The translations under genes and the position numbers were made by a program. Of a stretch of 53,904 nucleotides of DNA, positions 27,955 through 38,688 are shown piece after piece. The stretch is from positions 1 to 53,904 of the IMG/VR virus record IMGVR_UViG_3300032214_001883; one strand, 5' to 3'. Below the pieces are notes generated by a model that was not told the origin of the DNA, searched no databases, and was given only the letters and a program-made list of their open reading frames with translations. Numbering within the stretch: position 1 is the first letter of the stretch; each line of letters opens with the position of its first letter. This DNA comes from a virus (Duplodnaviria > Caudoviricetes).

Positions 27955-30231
27955 ATGTCAAAAATACAACAGCTGATTAGAGAAGCAAAGATTGTAGATA
28001 TCGATCCTGAGAATTTAACATGCCAATTAGAGTATGGTGATTTTCGTGCATCAGAAAAATCGGTCGAGGTTCCGCTTCCAAATATAATTGGCGCTGGAAA
28101 TGGCGGAATAATAAACATATTAAAGCCTGGAACGAGAGTTTTAGTTGCTTTTCTTGGAGAGCACTCAAGAGAGACAGTATCTATAATAGGTGTTCTTCCA
28201 TCTTTATCTCAAAAAAATTCAATAGATCCAAATCTAGGTATAAGCTCAGATCTTCCCGTTGGCTCAAGAAAGTATAAAAAAGGAAAAGAAGGAGAGATGA
28301 TAATAAGCTCTCACTCTGGACCTGCCCTTCACCTAAAAGAAGATAGAGAAATGGCCCTAGCAGACATCTTCGGAATGGGCCTATTCTTCAATTTTAATGA
28401 TGGCTCTCATTCTGCAGAGATTATTTCAAATAACAATATTTTTGTAAATTCTGGTGGCAGAGGATTTTGGGGTGAAGTCAGAAGAACTCCAAAGTTTATG
28501 ATTATACCGGATGATCAGGATCTTTTGAATTACAATAGAAAACTGCTATCATTGACGTCAAAAAAAGGTTTTTTTAGTTTTTATCCTGCGATAAACTCAT
28601 CTAACGGAAAATTATTTAGAAATCCAGCCATATCAGAATACAGAATGATTATTAACGAATTTTCTTCTGACTCTCAATTTTCTGGATTTGAGGATGAATT
28701 AAGAAGATATAAGAAAGAGTTTGAGCAAATCTCAAGAAATGAAAAATATTCTAAAAATCTAGATCCAACTAACTTAATTGGCCTTTCAGAAAAAGAGTTA
28801 ATTGAAATTGTTGCTGGCAACTTAGTTGATATCAATGGACTGCAATTAGATTTAAATTATAGGTATCTGCTACTCGCTGATGAGAACAGATCTTTACCAA
28901 AGACTGATGAGTCATTTAATGATATAGTTAGAAAATCTAGGCGTGGAATTGGATATCATTTTCAACTTAATTCAAAATCATTTAAGTCGGAAGATAGTGG
29001 AAATAAAAATAATTTTGTTTTAGATTTGGATAAAGAAGGTGTGATGAAATTGCACGTTCCAAAGTCATCTAAAACTGGAAATGTGCCGTTCCCCACCCTA
29101 ATAAACTATTCATCCGGATCCGATTCTACCGTCATCTCCTCTAGGCCTGCAGCGCCATCGATAAAAAAATATATACCGGTAACACTAAGGGACGAGTCAA
29201 ATAATCCGGTTCCAAATAATTTAGAAACAGACGCTAGAAATACAGGTATAAGATTTGCAAATAATGATGTAAATCCATATTTTTATTCTGATCAAGATTC
29301 AGAATATGTGAGAATTAATAAGACAAAGCATCATAATATTTATGAGGTCGCAGAAAGACTAATTGCAAATAAAATAAGAGCTATAAATATACCAACCACA
29401 TTCGTTCCAGTAGACTCGGAAGGTAATAAGAAAATCTTAAGTCCAGAATTCTTAGGTATCGGCGGAAGACCATTCGAAGTTGTAGCGAAAGAAGATGTTG
29501 ATGAGAAATTTGATTTTGCTTATTCTACAGTCGTTGTCAGTCCAGACCCACCAGGCGTAAAAACAGGCGGCGATACATACGTTGCGGGAAAAATAATTGG
29601 AGCCTCAGATTCAGCCGATAAACCACAAAGTAATTATTATAAAACAAAGATAACAGATAATAAAGCATCTCTTCAGGACACCTCTACATCAGGACAGAAT
29701 TCTGCCGGCGGTGTATCAGCCAACATAGACTTTGAAGGAAGTCTTGAAGCATCGATTGGTTCTGATGATGCCGATGGAAAGAGCCTCGTCTTGGATACTG
29801 CAGGCTCATTGGTTATGTGGCTTGGAAAAGATCAAAATAATAGAAGTTTAGTTTTCCAGTCTGATGGCGAAGTAATGTTTAACGTAGGTGGAACATATAA
29901 TGGGGAGAATACTACATCTCCAACATTAAACAAGGGAAACTTCACACTAAGAGTTAACGTTACAGATAAGGGATTTTACTCTTCAGAAATAAAAGAAGTG
30001 GATAGGCTGGAGGCTTCTGCAAGCACAGACTATATTATATCAATAGGGGAGCACGGCATAGTTATATCTGGAGGTACAAAACAGCCAATGCTTTTGAGAA
30101 ATAGGGGTTCCATTATGATGGAGTCTACTGAAGGTGAGATTATATTAAAGTCTGGTGCTGACATCAGGGCCGTTCCATTTGGAAGAGAAGATATGTCTGT
30201 TTTGAAAACTTTAGAGAGCAGACAGAGGTAA
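27955..30231 (+). CDS. Central spike protein (gp5/gpV-like): OB fold plus beta-helix
   Basis: AKIVDID...KPGTRVLVAF...SIIGVL OB-fold pattern; C-terminal short beta repeats GSLEASIG, GSLVMWLG, GEVMFNVG. Confidence 0.7.
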   Translation: MSKIQQLIREAKIVDIDPENLTCQLEYGDFRASEKSVEVPLPNIIGAGNGGIINILKPGTRVLVAFLGEHSRETVSIIGVLPSLSQKNSIDPNLGISSDLPVGSRKYKKGKEGEMIISSHSGPALHLKEDREMALADIFGMGLFFNFNDGSHSAEIISNNNIFVNSGGRGFWGEVRRTPKFMIIPDDQDLLNYNRKLLSLTSKKGFFSFYPAINSSNGKLFRNPAISEYRMIINEFSSDSQFSGFEDELRRYKKEFEQISRNEKYSKNLDPTNLIGLSEKELIEIVAGNLVDINGLQLDLNYRYLLLADENRSLPKTDESFNDIVRKSRRGIGYHFQLNSKSFKSEDSGNKNNFVLDLDKEGVMKLHVPKSSKTGNVPFPTLINYSSGSDSTVISSRPAAPSIKKYIPVTLRDESNNPVPNNLETDARNTGIRFANNDVNPYFYSDQDSEYVRINKTKHHNIYEVAERLIANKIRAINIPTTFVPVDSEGNKKILSPEFLGIGGRPFEVVAKEDVDEKFDFAYSTVVVSPDPPGVKTGGDTYVAGKIIGASDSADKPQSNYYKTKITDNKASLQDTSTSGQNSAGGVSANIDFEGSLEASIGSDDADGKSLVLDTAGSLVMWLGKDQNNRSLVFQSDGEVMFNVGGTYNGENTTSPTLNKGNFTLRVNVTDKGFYSSEIKEVDRLEASASTDYIISIGEHGIVISGGTKQPMLLRNRGSIMMESTEGEIILKSGADIRAVPFGREDMSVLKTLESRQR

Positions 30232-30270
30232 TATTATTTGTTATATTGGGATAACTCTTAAGGTAAAAAT

Positions 30271-33200
30271 ATGGCAGAAGATTCAAAAATAGTTGTTGCT
30301 ACAGTTACAGGGCTGGTATCGGCAGATCCAGCGCTTACTGTTCCAACTAGTAAGGTTTCAAAATTTGATATTAACTGTGAGACAGACCAAACTCTGGATG
30401 CCTCAAATGGAAAACAAACTATTGTTTTTCCTAGCGGTGCTACAAAAGCAATACCTTCTGGTGGATGTATAATAAAACTTTCAGGATTCCCTAACCCCGA
30501 TCTCGCTTCAGATAACATAAGTGAGAAGGTAAGAATATTTGAATTGGCAGTCTCCAATCTTGAGACAAACACATCCGTTATGAATCTTTTCGATTTAAAA
30601 AGAGAGGTTTCAAAATCTTTATATGATATTTTTTTCAAATCACCAATAACAAATCAAAACTCATTAGCTCCAAATACATATTTCTCTATTTATAAGACGG
30701 ATTTTGCTTCCGACCTCCCACCTGCATCTGAAAATTCATCAAAAATAAAAAAGATAGCTAAGCTAACTTATATTCCGTATAATGTATTAACCAAGCTTGT
30801 TCAAAATTTATTTCAAAAAGAGAAGTTGAAGAATATCCTTTCTGGTGCGGGCGGGATATCTATAAATTTTGATGATTATAAAACTGAGCAAAGTTCTGCC
30901 GAAGCATTAGCAAAATTAATGCTAGAATTTGTACCATATTTTAATATATCAGATCGAGAATTAGAAGGTGAAAATGCACTCCGGAACTACAAAGATCATG
31001 GCGGTTATTTCACAATATTCAATGGAGATATGTATGTCAAACTACCCGATATCTCTTCCAGAGATTATAGGGCTAAGTTTGGCAATTTTTATGAAGATTT
31101 ATTAGAATCAAAATTTATTTTACAGACTTATTTTGCACCAGGCTCTACAAATTCTAACCAAAAAGATAATAAGTCTTCTGCAAATATAACAAACTTTGTT
31201 GTTGATTTTGAAAGTGTTTTTGGCGCAGAAATAGCAGATTACGATGAATCATATTTGTTTGGAGAGAGTGTCGAACAATATAATGTTGAAATTAGCGGTT
31301 TTAATTTAAGCCAGGATTTAACACCATATTTATCATTGATCCATCCAAGCAAAAAACCTTTCAATGTCAAAATAGAAGGTTACAATGATGTGGATTATCA
31401 GTTCCCAGATCTTTATCCGTGTCCAAATTCTGAATTTTTTTGTGACTCAAATTCCATATCAAACTCTGCAATTCAAAAAACCTTAGATTCAAAGTCCAGC
31501 AAGAAAACCATACTAGATAATCATTATAATTTAATTAAAAATTATCTCAACGCATCCAAGAGATCTTCGCTATTATCATCGTTTTCTCTTTCTGGAACGG
31601 AGGGCTCTTTTTCTTTTGATGGATCATCTGGCACTCCGACATCAATCTTTAGCTATGGCGATATAAATAGAGGATCTAATGCACAGTCTCTCTTTGGTGA
31701 TCTCTCTAGGCAGGATGAGCTACTTGCGGCTTCCAAGGATGGAATATTAAACCTAAAAAAACAATCTGTAACTAAAAATTATTTTAGTTCAAAGTCAATG
31801 AATTCATCTAACTTTGGACTTCAAATTAGACCAAGAATTTACCAAGATTATCATATACCAAAATCATGGATAAAGGGCACTCTTTCTGAGTCTTCAGATA
31901 ATCCAGATAATTTCGTTGCAACGTTTAACTCTCAAGATTTAAATAATTTTTCTGCATATAACGGTGTTATATCTTTTGCGCTTTATCTTTCGGACGGAAA
32001 GGGTCAAATTTACAGGGTTTCAGATCAAGTCATAGAGATATCCGCATCACCACCAGATGTTGATGAGGTAAACCCGAGTGGATTTAAAGAATCCGGAATT
32101 GTAGTTAGAGTATCATCAGTTATAACTATTATAGGTGACAACTTTTCAAAGGATACGAAAGTAAAGGTCGGCGGAGTTGATGCAGAAATAATTACACTTA
32201 CAACTAAGAAAATAAAGGTAAAAATACCTCCTGGTGTATCGGGAACACAGGATGTCATAGTAACAAGCGGAACAAGCGAAGATTCATCCAGAAAAGTTTT
32301 CGTAGGAGAGGTGGATACAAAAGTCGCAGATCTTCCAAGCGAAGGAACATATGGAGTTAAAACATTATTTAATGAGATTTCTGCAAAAACACTTGGAGAA
32401 ATACCTATATCTTATGATCTTCCAGCTTCAAAAATTACATTAAAGTCGCAGAAGAAAACATTTAAAGAATCAGAATCTGGAAAGTTAAACGCCCTATTCT
32501 ATATAAAAACTAAGAACCCAGATGATATAAAGTTGATAAATTTTATATCTAATGATTTCCAAACTCTTGCAGAAGATCCCGAAACTTACGTATTCAATAA
32601 TATAAGGTGGAATCTCTCCGCCAACAAGTTTCTTGATTTTGTAAGAATTTCTGATAAAAAGGCAACTCTTAATTTTCCAGGAATGATCGGAAATTCAAAT
32701 AAGCCACTCCAGTATCTTTCTGATTTGAGTCCGGAGGCTATAGCTGGAGTTTATATAACATCTGAAGTTAATATCTCCTCTATAACATCCAGTAATTCTA
32801 AGGCATGTTCATTTAAAATTGCTGGTGATACAAAGACTCCAATTTTCTCTGGACAGCCATTTATAGTTGGCATGGCAGGTTCATCAAGTGATTTTGATGA
32901 TGAGCAATCTTATTTTGTTAACTTCAAAATAAATCAATTCAACGGCTCTGATATAGGTACTAGCCTAGAAGAAATTATAAAACAAGAACTTTTCGGCGGA
33001 ACATCATCAAAAGATTTGAATGATTTCTTTGGACCAATAAAATCTATAGAAAATCTTTCAAAACTAATTATATTTTTCAATTCTGTATCAAAAATAAGGG
33101 AGTCGACCCAAAAGCATTCTTTTTATATTGGTGGCTCCAAAGTATCTGAGCTTAAAGTCTTTGATGTCGAAAGAATAAAAAATACAAATATATGGAAGGC

Positions 33201-36200
33201 TGTAATAAAAAATTTAGATACAAAGCCATATGCGAATGGTTTCGCCAGCGTTGTTGTGAAAAGAAAAGATAAGAAAAGAAACATAGAAATAGATTCCGAG
33301 AATCTTTATTATGAACTCACCAGCAAGAATGATGATTCTGAACTATTCTCTGTGGTAGAAGGGCCCTACAGAAAAGTTCTAAAGTCGAATAAGGATATTA
33401 TCCTGCCAGATGATATAATTGGATTGTCGTCTGATAGCTCCGTTTCCTTGGGACTATCCGGAATTAATGATTCAGGTTTAAAAAATATTTTTAATTTTTA
33501 CTCTCCAAAAAGCTATATCTTTGGAAACCAGGAAAGATTAACTCTTCGACTAGGAAATAAAGACTACGAAGCGGATCAACTTGTTGATTTTACAGAAGGC
33601 ATTCTGTATCAAGAAGCAATTAGAAGGGGGACCCCAGAGTCTAGCGCAAGAGCTGCTTCAAACCCATTCTATCCAATAACGATGTCGTCAGAATATTCTG
33701 ATGCAACTCTTTATACCGATCTGATTTATGCCAAGACGCTTTCCGAAAAAGGTATTTCCGCACCAGATATTTCTCTCACTTCTTTCCCAAGAGAGCTTTC
33801 TTACCTCCCGCTATATGTAAAAATACCGTCGGGTAGCACTATCTTTAATTATAGCCCTACATCGATAGGCGCTTATGCTGGTAACTATAAGAGTTATCAT
33901 AGATTTAAGGTAAATAATCATGCAAATATACTTATTAACTATGCAACGATAATAAACGTCGAGCCAAAGTCATTCGTTGGTGGGCAAGATGTTGAGATTA
34001 CCGTCAGCGGAATTAACATTAAGAAGGCAAAAGTATATATTGATGGGACAAGGGCAAGAATTAAAAATAATGACGGTAAAAATAAAATTATAGTTATTGC
34101 ACCAAAGTCAATTGATGGCATAAAAATTATAGATGGAAAATGCCAAGAAATAACAGTTAAGCCAACATCCGCCTCTCTTTTGGCTGCAGAAGCCGATCTT
34201 GGATTCAGCTTTGTTAATGATAGCATTAATGCGCTTACTGCAAAAATAAATGGAATAACTGCAGATGCGATGGGCAAAGTAGAAGATCTTGTTAATAAGG
34301 TAAAAGACTTCTTTTTGAAGTTTATAAATTTAGCTCTAGACAAGGCAAATATTGCAAAAGAATTTATAAATTCATTTTGCGATATGTCATTCCATCTAAC
34401 ATTAGAGCTCAATATTTACCTTAAAAACTTTAGCATACTCTTAATTCCAATCAAGGTAATTTTCTGTATAATTGATGTAATCTGCTCCCTTCTAAATCCT
34501 GTCAAGTTGGCAAAGGCAATCATAAGACTCTTCGAGTGTCTTTACGATCTCCTCTTACTTTTACCGCAGATTTCTATACCAGTTATGTTTTTGCAGCTTT
34601 GCCTGCATCTTCTTGAACTTCTAGAGTGTATAATTACAAAGGTAATAAATACAGTCGCAATCATAGTTATAATTATTGGCGCAATGATAGAGTTAGGAGC
34701 TCAGATTGCGCAGGATAAGCCTGTAGATTTCAGATACCTTGCGATGCTAGAATCGCTTATTCTTGAGAACTTTATCGTTATAGAGGCAGATCTTCAGGTT
34801 TTGGGGCCGATAGCACAAATTTTAGGCCTATTTCTACAGTTGTTACAAATAACTTTTAGATTCCCATGCCAAATTGGACCACAGCCAGATGGAATAGAGT
34901 GTCCAATCGAAGGCTCTATGTTGGCTGGTATGATTCTGGGGACAATCACAAATGACGATGGGACACTAAAAGAAGAGTATCTTCTACCCGTTGCGCAGAC
35001 TATACCAATTTCTACTTCATCATTTTCTGATGATAATTTAACTATATCAGAGATAAGAGGAACTATAGATGGTGGAGCATCCGATGTTCAAGAGCCAATT
35101 GCTGGATCTATAGCAATATCAAAATCATCAGATCAGACATTTCTTGACAATTTGGACGCTAACTCTGAAAATTATAGATTTTCAACAAATCAAAATGTTT
35201 GTTTTGTTGCTTCGATTACAAAAACTACAAAATCTTTTGCAAAGCCATCTGATATTAAGTTTTTGTTCAAATCTGCTGGAGAACCATTATTTTTTAAGAA
35301 GCTTGTCGATACAAATTCACCAATAGATTCTCCAATATCTTTACTAAATAAGGATATAACTGGAAACTCATTGTTAATAAGCGGCGTAGAATCTCCAATA
35401 AATAGAAATATTTTCAGCCTTTCTGATGGAGAAGAGTTTTTAAACATTCGTTCCGATGGAAGCAAAGCGTCTGTAAAGCCGTTAAGTTTGCAAATTGAGG
35501 TTGACGGCGTTCCTACTCAGATGGTATTTAACAATGTACCAAAGATGGTTTTAATGGACGAAATGAGCAACTTCTATTATATTGACGAGGAAGGTATTGA
35601 TTTTGATTCTAACTTTAAAATTAAATCAATTTCTGCGAAAATTATAAATACAAGTTACGCTCCGCAAAATGATTATAACGTTGCAAATGAAACTATTGAT
35701 AATACGCCTGAGGTTGAAGATGATGAAGAATTTGAGAATATAAATATTTATAGATTTCCAAAACTTTATTTTATTGATGTTCGTGCAGCAGCAGAGTTAA
35801 TACAGACACAATGCTCTACTGGATATATTAACAATATTCCATTAGAACAATCAGATCCGGACATAACATCGGGCATAGTTCAGAATGTAAATGATTGTTT
35901 AACAAAATTTACAGGAACAATCTTGGCAAAAATTTCAAGTATGCGAACTGAGATGGCGGCTGGAAAAATACCAACTTCATTCACAGAAAATTTTGTTCAA
36001 GATCTTGGTGATGAATTAAAGGGTTGTGTTAATAAGGCTTTAGACGATATATGTCCACAGGTTGTTAATCCATTAAATACCTCGTTGAAGGTTCTTGAGG
36101 ACACCGACTTTACTCCAATCACGGCTTTACCAGATTTGATCGTTCCGCCAAATGTCATGGAGGGTTTTGAAACATCTGGACCTCCATTAACTGGAGCGAG

Positions 36201-36753
36201 AGAGTACGCTGCTGGAATTGGAAATTATGCAACAATAGAGGTTGATAAAGAAGCCACCATTGAAGTTATTCCAAGAGATAGTTATGATGATGTAATAACG
36301 AGCCAATATGATATGACTGACAAAATCATCGTTCAAATAATTTCTGATACAACTGGGGACGCAAGAGTAGTTAATAAGGTTACCAACAGCTCTTTAAAAC
36401 CAGTAACTAAAGCTGATTTTGGATATTATTATTCTTACGTCACTTCTTCAAAACCTGGCATTGTAAAGATTAAAGTTAAGATTTGCAATAAAACTGTTCA
36501 AGCTCTAACATATTCAGGTATTGAAAGTATAATTAATTCTGAAACTAACGCAAGCGTTGATTGCGTTCCAGATTCTCCAGTCGAAAATCTTTTGGATGTG
36601 ACGCCGCTTGGCGCACTGTCAAGAATAGATCGCATTATTACAATTGAATTTACAGAAAAGACTAATGTTATAACGGTTATGAATGGTGAGGCAGGATTGG
36701 ATGATATCATTAAGACTGAGCCACAAATTTTTGGAAATATATCGGATAACTAA
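30271..36753 (+). CDS. 2160-aa putative virion protein: two IPT/TIG domains, hydrophobic Cys-rich helical region, C-terminal invasin-type Ig domain
   Basis: PDVDEVNP...ITIIGDNF...VKVGG...IKVKIPP; IINVEP...VEITVSG...VYIDG; long Leu/Ile stretch; ATIEVIPRD...GYYYSYVTSSKPG. Confidence 0.6.
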   Translation: MAEDSKIVVATVTGLVSADPALTVPTSKVSKFDINCETDQTLDASNGKQTIVFPSGATKAIPSGGCIIKLSGFPNPDLASDNISEKVRIFELAVSNLETNTSVMNLFDLKREVSKSLYDIFFKSPITNQNSLAPNTYFSIYKTDFASDLPPASENSSKIKKIAKLTYIPYNVLTKLVQNLFQKEKLKNILSGAGGISINFDDYKTEQSSAEALAKLMLEFVPYFNISDRELEGENALRNYKDHGGYFTIFNGDMYVKLPDISSRDYRAKFGNFYEDLLESKFILQTYFAPGSTNSNQKDNKSSANITNFVVDFESVFGAEIADYDESYLFGESVEQYNVEISGFNLSQDLTPYLSLIHPSKKPFNVKIEGYNDVDYQFPDLYPCPNSEFFCDSNSISNSAIQKTLDSKSSKKTILDNHYNLIKNYLNASKRSSLLSSFSLSGTEGSFSFDGSSGTPTSIFSYGDINRGSNAQSLFGDLSRQDELLAASKDGILNLKKQSVTKNYFSSKSMNSSNFGLQIRPRIYQDYHIPKSWIKGTLSESSDNPDNFVATFNSQDLNNFSAYNGVISFALYLSDGKGQIYRVSDQVIEISASPPDVDEVNPSGFKESGIVVRVSSVITIIGDNFSKDTKVKVGGVDAEIITLTTKKIKVKIPPGVSGTQDVIVTSGTSEDSSRKVFVGEVDTKVADLPSEGTYGVKTLFNEISAKTLGEIPISYDLPASKITLKSQKKTFKESESGKLNALFYIKTKNPDDIKLINFISNDFQTLAEDPETYVFNNIRWNLSANKFLDFVRISDKKATLNFPGMIGNSNKPLQYLSDLSPEAIAGVYITSEVNISSITSSNSKACSFKIAGDTKTPIFSGQPFIVGMAGSSSDFDDEQSYFVNFKINQFNGSDIGTSLEEIIKQELFGGTSSKDLNDFFGPIKSIENLSKLIIFFNSVSKIRESTQKHSFYIGGSKVSELKVFDVERIKNTNIWKAVIKNLDTKPYANGFASVVVKRKDKKRNIEIDSENLYYELTSKNDDSELFSVVEGPYRKVLKSNKDIILPDDIIGLSSDSSVSLGLSGINDSGLKNIFNFYSPKSYIFGNQERLTLRLGNKDYEADQLVDFTEGILYQEAIRRGTPESSARAASNPFYPITMSSEYSDATLYTDLIYAKTLSEKGISAPDISLTSFPRELSYLPLYVKIPSGSTIFNYSPTSIGAYAGNYKSYHRFKVNNHANILINYATIINVEPKSFVGGQDVEITVSGINIKKAKVYIDGTRARIKNNDGKNKIIVIAPKSIDGIKIIDGKCQEITVKPTSASLLAAEADLGFSFVNDSINALTAKINGITADAMGKVEDLVNKVKDFFLKFINLALDKANIAKEFINSFCDMSFHLTLELNIYLKNFSILLIPIKVIFCIIDVICSLLNPVKLAKAIIRLFECLYDLLLLLPQISIPVMFLQLCLHLLELLECIITKVINTVAIIVIIIGAMIELGAQIAQDKPVDFRYLAMLESLILENFIVIEADLQVLGPIAQILGLFLQLLQITFRFPCQIGPQPDGIECPIEGSMLAGMILGTITNDDGTLKEEYLLPVAQTIPISTSSFSDDNLTISEIRGTIDGGASDVQEPIAGSIAISKSSDQTFLDNLDANSENYRFSTNQNVCFVASITKTTKSFAKPSDIKFLFKSAGEPLFFKKLVDTNSPIDSPISLLNKDITGNSLLISGVESPINRNIFSLSDGEEFLNIRSDGSKASVKPLSLQIEVDGVPTQMVFNNVPKMVLMDEMSNFYYIDEEGIDFDSNFKIKSISAKIINTSYAPQNDYNVANETIDNTPEVEDDEEFENINIYRFPKLYFIDVRAAAELIQTQCSTGYINNIPLEQSDPDITSGIVQNVNDCLTKFTGTILAKISSMRTEMAAGKIPTSFTENFVQDLGDELKGCVNKALDDICPQVVNPLNTSLKVLEDTDFTPITALPDLIVPPNVMEGFETSGPPLTGAREYAAGIGNYATIEVDKEATIEVIPRDSYDDVITSQYDMTDKIIVQIISDTTGDARVVNKVTNSSLKPVTKADFGYYYSYVTSSKPGIVKIKVKICNKTVQALTYSGIESIINSETNASVDCVPDSPVENLLDVTPLGALSRIDRIITIEFTEKTNVITVMNGEAGLDDIIKTEPQIFGNISDN

Positions 36754-36755
36754 TC

Positions 36756-38657
36756 ATGTCAAATAATTTTACATCTACTCTTACGGCCATTATAGACCAG
36801 CTTGGCGCAAATTCTGGTGATGAGGATATTAAGCAGGAATATCAGAGAATAAAGGATAATATAAAAAGTTCTCTAAAATCAGATATGTCGATAAGTTTTG
36901 AGGACAGCGACAAGGAGAGTTTTTCTTTCCTATCTGATATGAAAGATTCTGAACTTTCAAAAAATATTGGTGGATTTTTAAGTAAATTTGAAAAGATACC
37001 AAAGCAAGTTTCTGACTTAAGATCAAGTTACTTGCCCGTAGAATCTTTATCTTCATATTATCAAAATTTTACACTTGGCGAGGGGAACTTTACCGGAGAA
37101 TCAGTAGAGGTATCGGATCAGCTTGCGCTAAAAGAATCCTATGAAAATACGTTTATGAGAATTCTTGGCATGCCAGAGTCTATAGACATACCTCCCGATG
37201 CAGATATATTTATTATGAACCCCTTTGTAAGCGGTGGTTCTAGCGCCTTTTTTAGTATAAAAAAAGTTAAATTTTCAGATTTATATTCAGAGGTTCCGCT
37301 GACTTCTGGCGACGGCCTTGATATTCTTGATGAGAGACAAAGAGATATTGCGACAAGAAAATTTCAATTCTCGGGCCATTCATTAGAGCAGGTTATTAGT
37401 GATTTGGCGAAGGCGAACGAGCCTCAGACATCTGTAGAGCAACCCGTAGGAACAAACGTTGATAGCGATAGTGGCGCAAAATCATCAATACCTTTAGATG
37501 ATATCAATCAAAATTTTGATAAATTATCATCAATATTTTATCTAAAATTACCACCAATTCAAGATTCTCGTTTTGCAAAATGCATAAACGAACCAGGAAA
37601 GATAGTATCCAAGCCATTCGATGATAAGTTCATGACTTCAATTAATTCTGAGCAGATAAAAACAAGTTTTCTTGAGAATCTGATAAGAATCAGGCTTGAC
37701 AAAATAAGTGGCAGAATTTATGATACAGGAGGAAATCTAGTTGATGGGACATCTGAGTCGAGAATAGGCGAGTACTCTATTTTTGAGCAGTATCTATTTG
37801 AGAAGCTGCTATCAATATTAAGGCTGCTGTCAAAGCAGTATAATAAAACCGTAAAAGAGATCGTTTCTAAGGCAAAAAACGAAAAGAAGAAAAAAGATGA
37901 TTATGAAAAAACTTTTACCGCCGCCGCTGCAGCCGAAGCAAAGGCCTCTGGAGAAACCGAAAATACTCCGAGCACATCCGAGTCGAGTGGGAACAATAAA
38001 AATTTAGAAGGACTCAGAGATATTATTGAAATACAGGAAGCTGTTCTTTTCATACTGAAAGATACGAGTTCTGCCTCTTCGATCTCGACATTGATAAATG
38101 ATTCGTCAAAGTCACAGTCATTATATGCCGGATACATTAGAAACATGTCCGGATATGATGATGGGATAATATCATCTTTGATATCTGTTATAGAATCTGA
38201 AACATCAGTATATAGAACTGAATTGGAGAGGATGTCGAAAGTTCCAAGCTCTGGAGATACTGATGACGATAATGCGGGGGCTTTGAAGTCTAAAGCCGAT
38301 ACAATAATTGGAACAGAAACGATACCTGTTGGCATTGCAGATATTATTATTTTCGCTCTTTCTCTCTTCAGTCTTCCGGAGTCAGATCTTATAAACCTTC
38401 TTAACAGTAAGCAAAAGGAAAATTTGCGCAAAATTTTAGCGCCAAATAGCACAGTTGATCAATTGTTTGGATCCGTAGGTCTAAATGAGACAAGTCCGGT
38501 TGGTGCTGTGAATGCTCTGACATTAACAATATCGGCCTTCTACTCCTTGTTTATGAGGGAGGCGAATGAGTTTTTTACAGAGGTCGATGAAATGATAACG
38601 ATTGAGAAGAGTGTTGTAGATGAATCTGAGGGTACGCTAGAGGATGAAAAGATCTGA
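36756..38657 (+). CDS. Hypothetical helical baseplate-region protein (633 aa)
   Basis: Long ORF 2 nt after the previous stop; acidic; hydrophobic segments near the C-terminus; no family recognised. Confidence 0.6.
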   Translation: MSNNFTSTLTAIIDQLGANSGDEDIKQEYQRIKDNIKSSLKSDMSISFEDSDKESFSFLSDMKDSELSKNIGGFLSKFEKIPKQVSDLRSSYLPVESLSSYYQNFTLGEGNFTGESVEVSDQLALKESYENTFMRILGMPESIDIPPDADIFIMNPFVSGGSSAFFSIKKVKFSDLYSEVPLTSGDGLDILDERQRDIATRKFQFSGHSLEQVISDLAKANEPQTSVEQPVGTNVDSDSGAKSSIPLDDINQNFDKLSSIFYLKLPPIQDSRFAKCINEPGKIVSKPFDDKFMTSINSEQIKTSFLENLIRIRLDKISGRIYDTGGNLVDGTSESRIGEYSIFEQYLFEKLLSILRLLSKQYNKTVKEIVSKAKNEKKKKDDYEKTFTAAAAAEAKASGETENTPSTSESSGNNKNLEGLRDIIEIQEAVLFILKDTSSASSISTLINDSSKSQSLYAGYIRNMSGYDDGIISSLISVIESETSVYRTELERMSKVPSSGDTDDDNAGALKSKADTIIGTETIPVGIADIIIFALSLFSLPESDLINLLNSKQKENLRKILAPNSTVDQLFGSVGLNETSPVGAVNALTLTISAFYSLFMREANEFFTEVDEMITIEKSVVDESEGTLEDEKI

Positions 38658-38688
38658 TATTTTGCAAATACAAGATTCATTATCAGGC

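Noticed and set aside
37901-38452. 183-aa minus-strand ORF and other antisense ORFs (e.g. 33939-34412, 30258-30638, 51256-51588)
   Set aside because: They lie opposite long, motif-bearing + strand genes, lack RBS and look like shadow ORFs.
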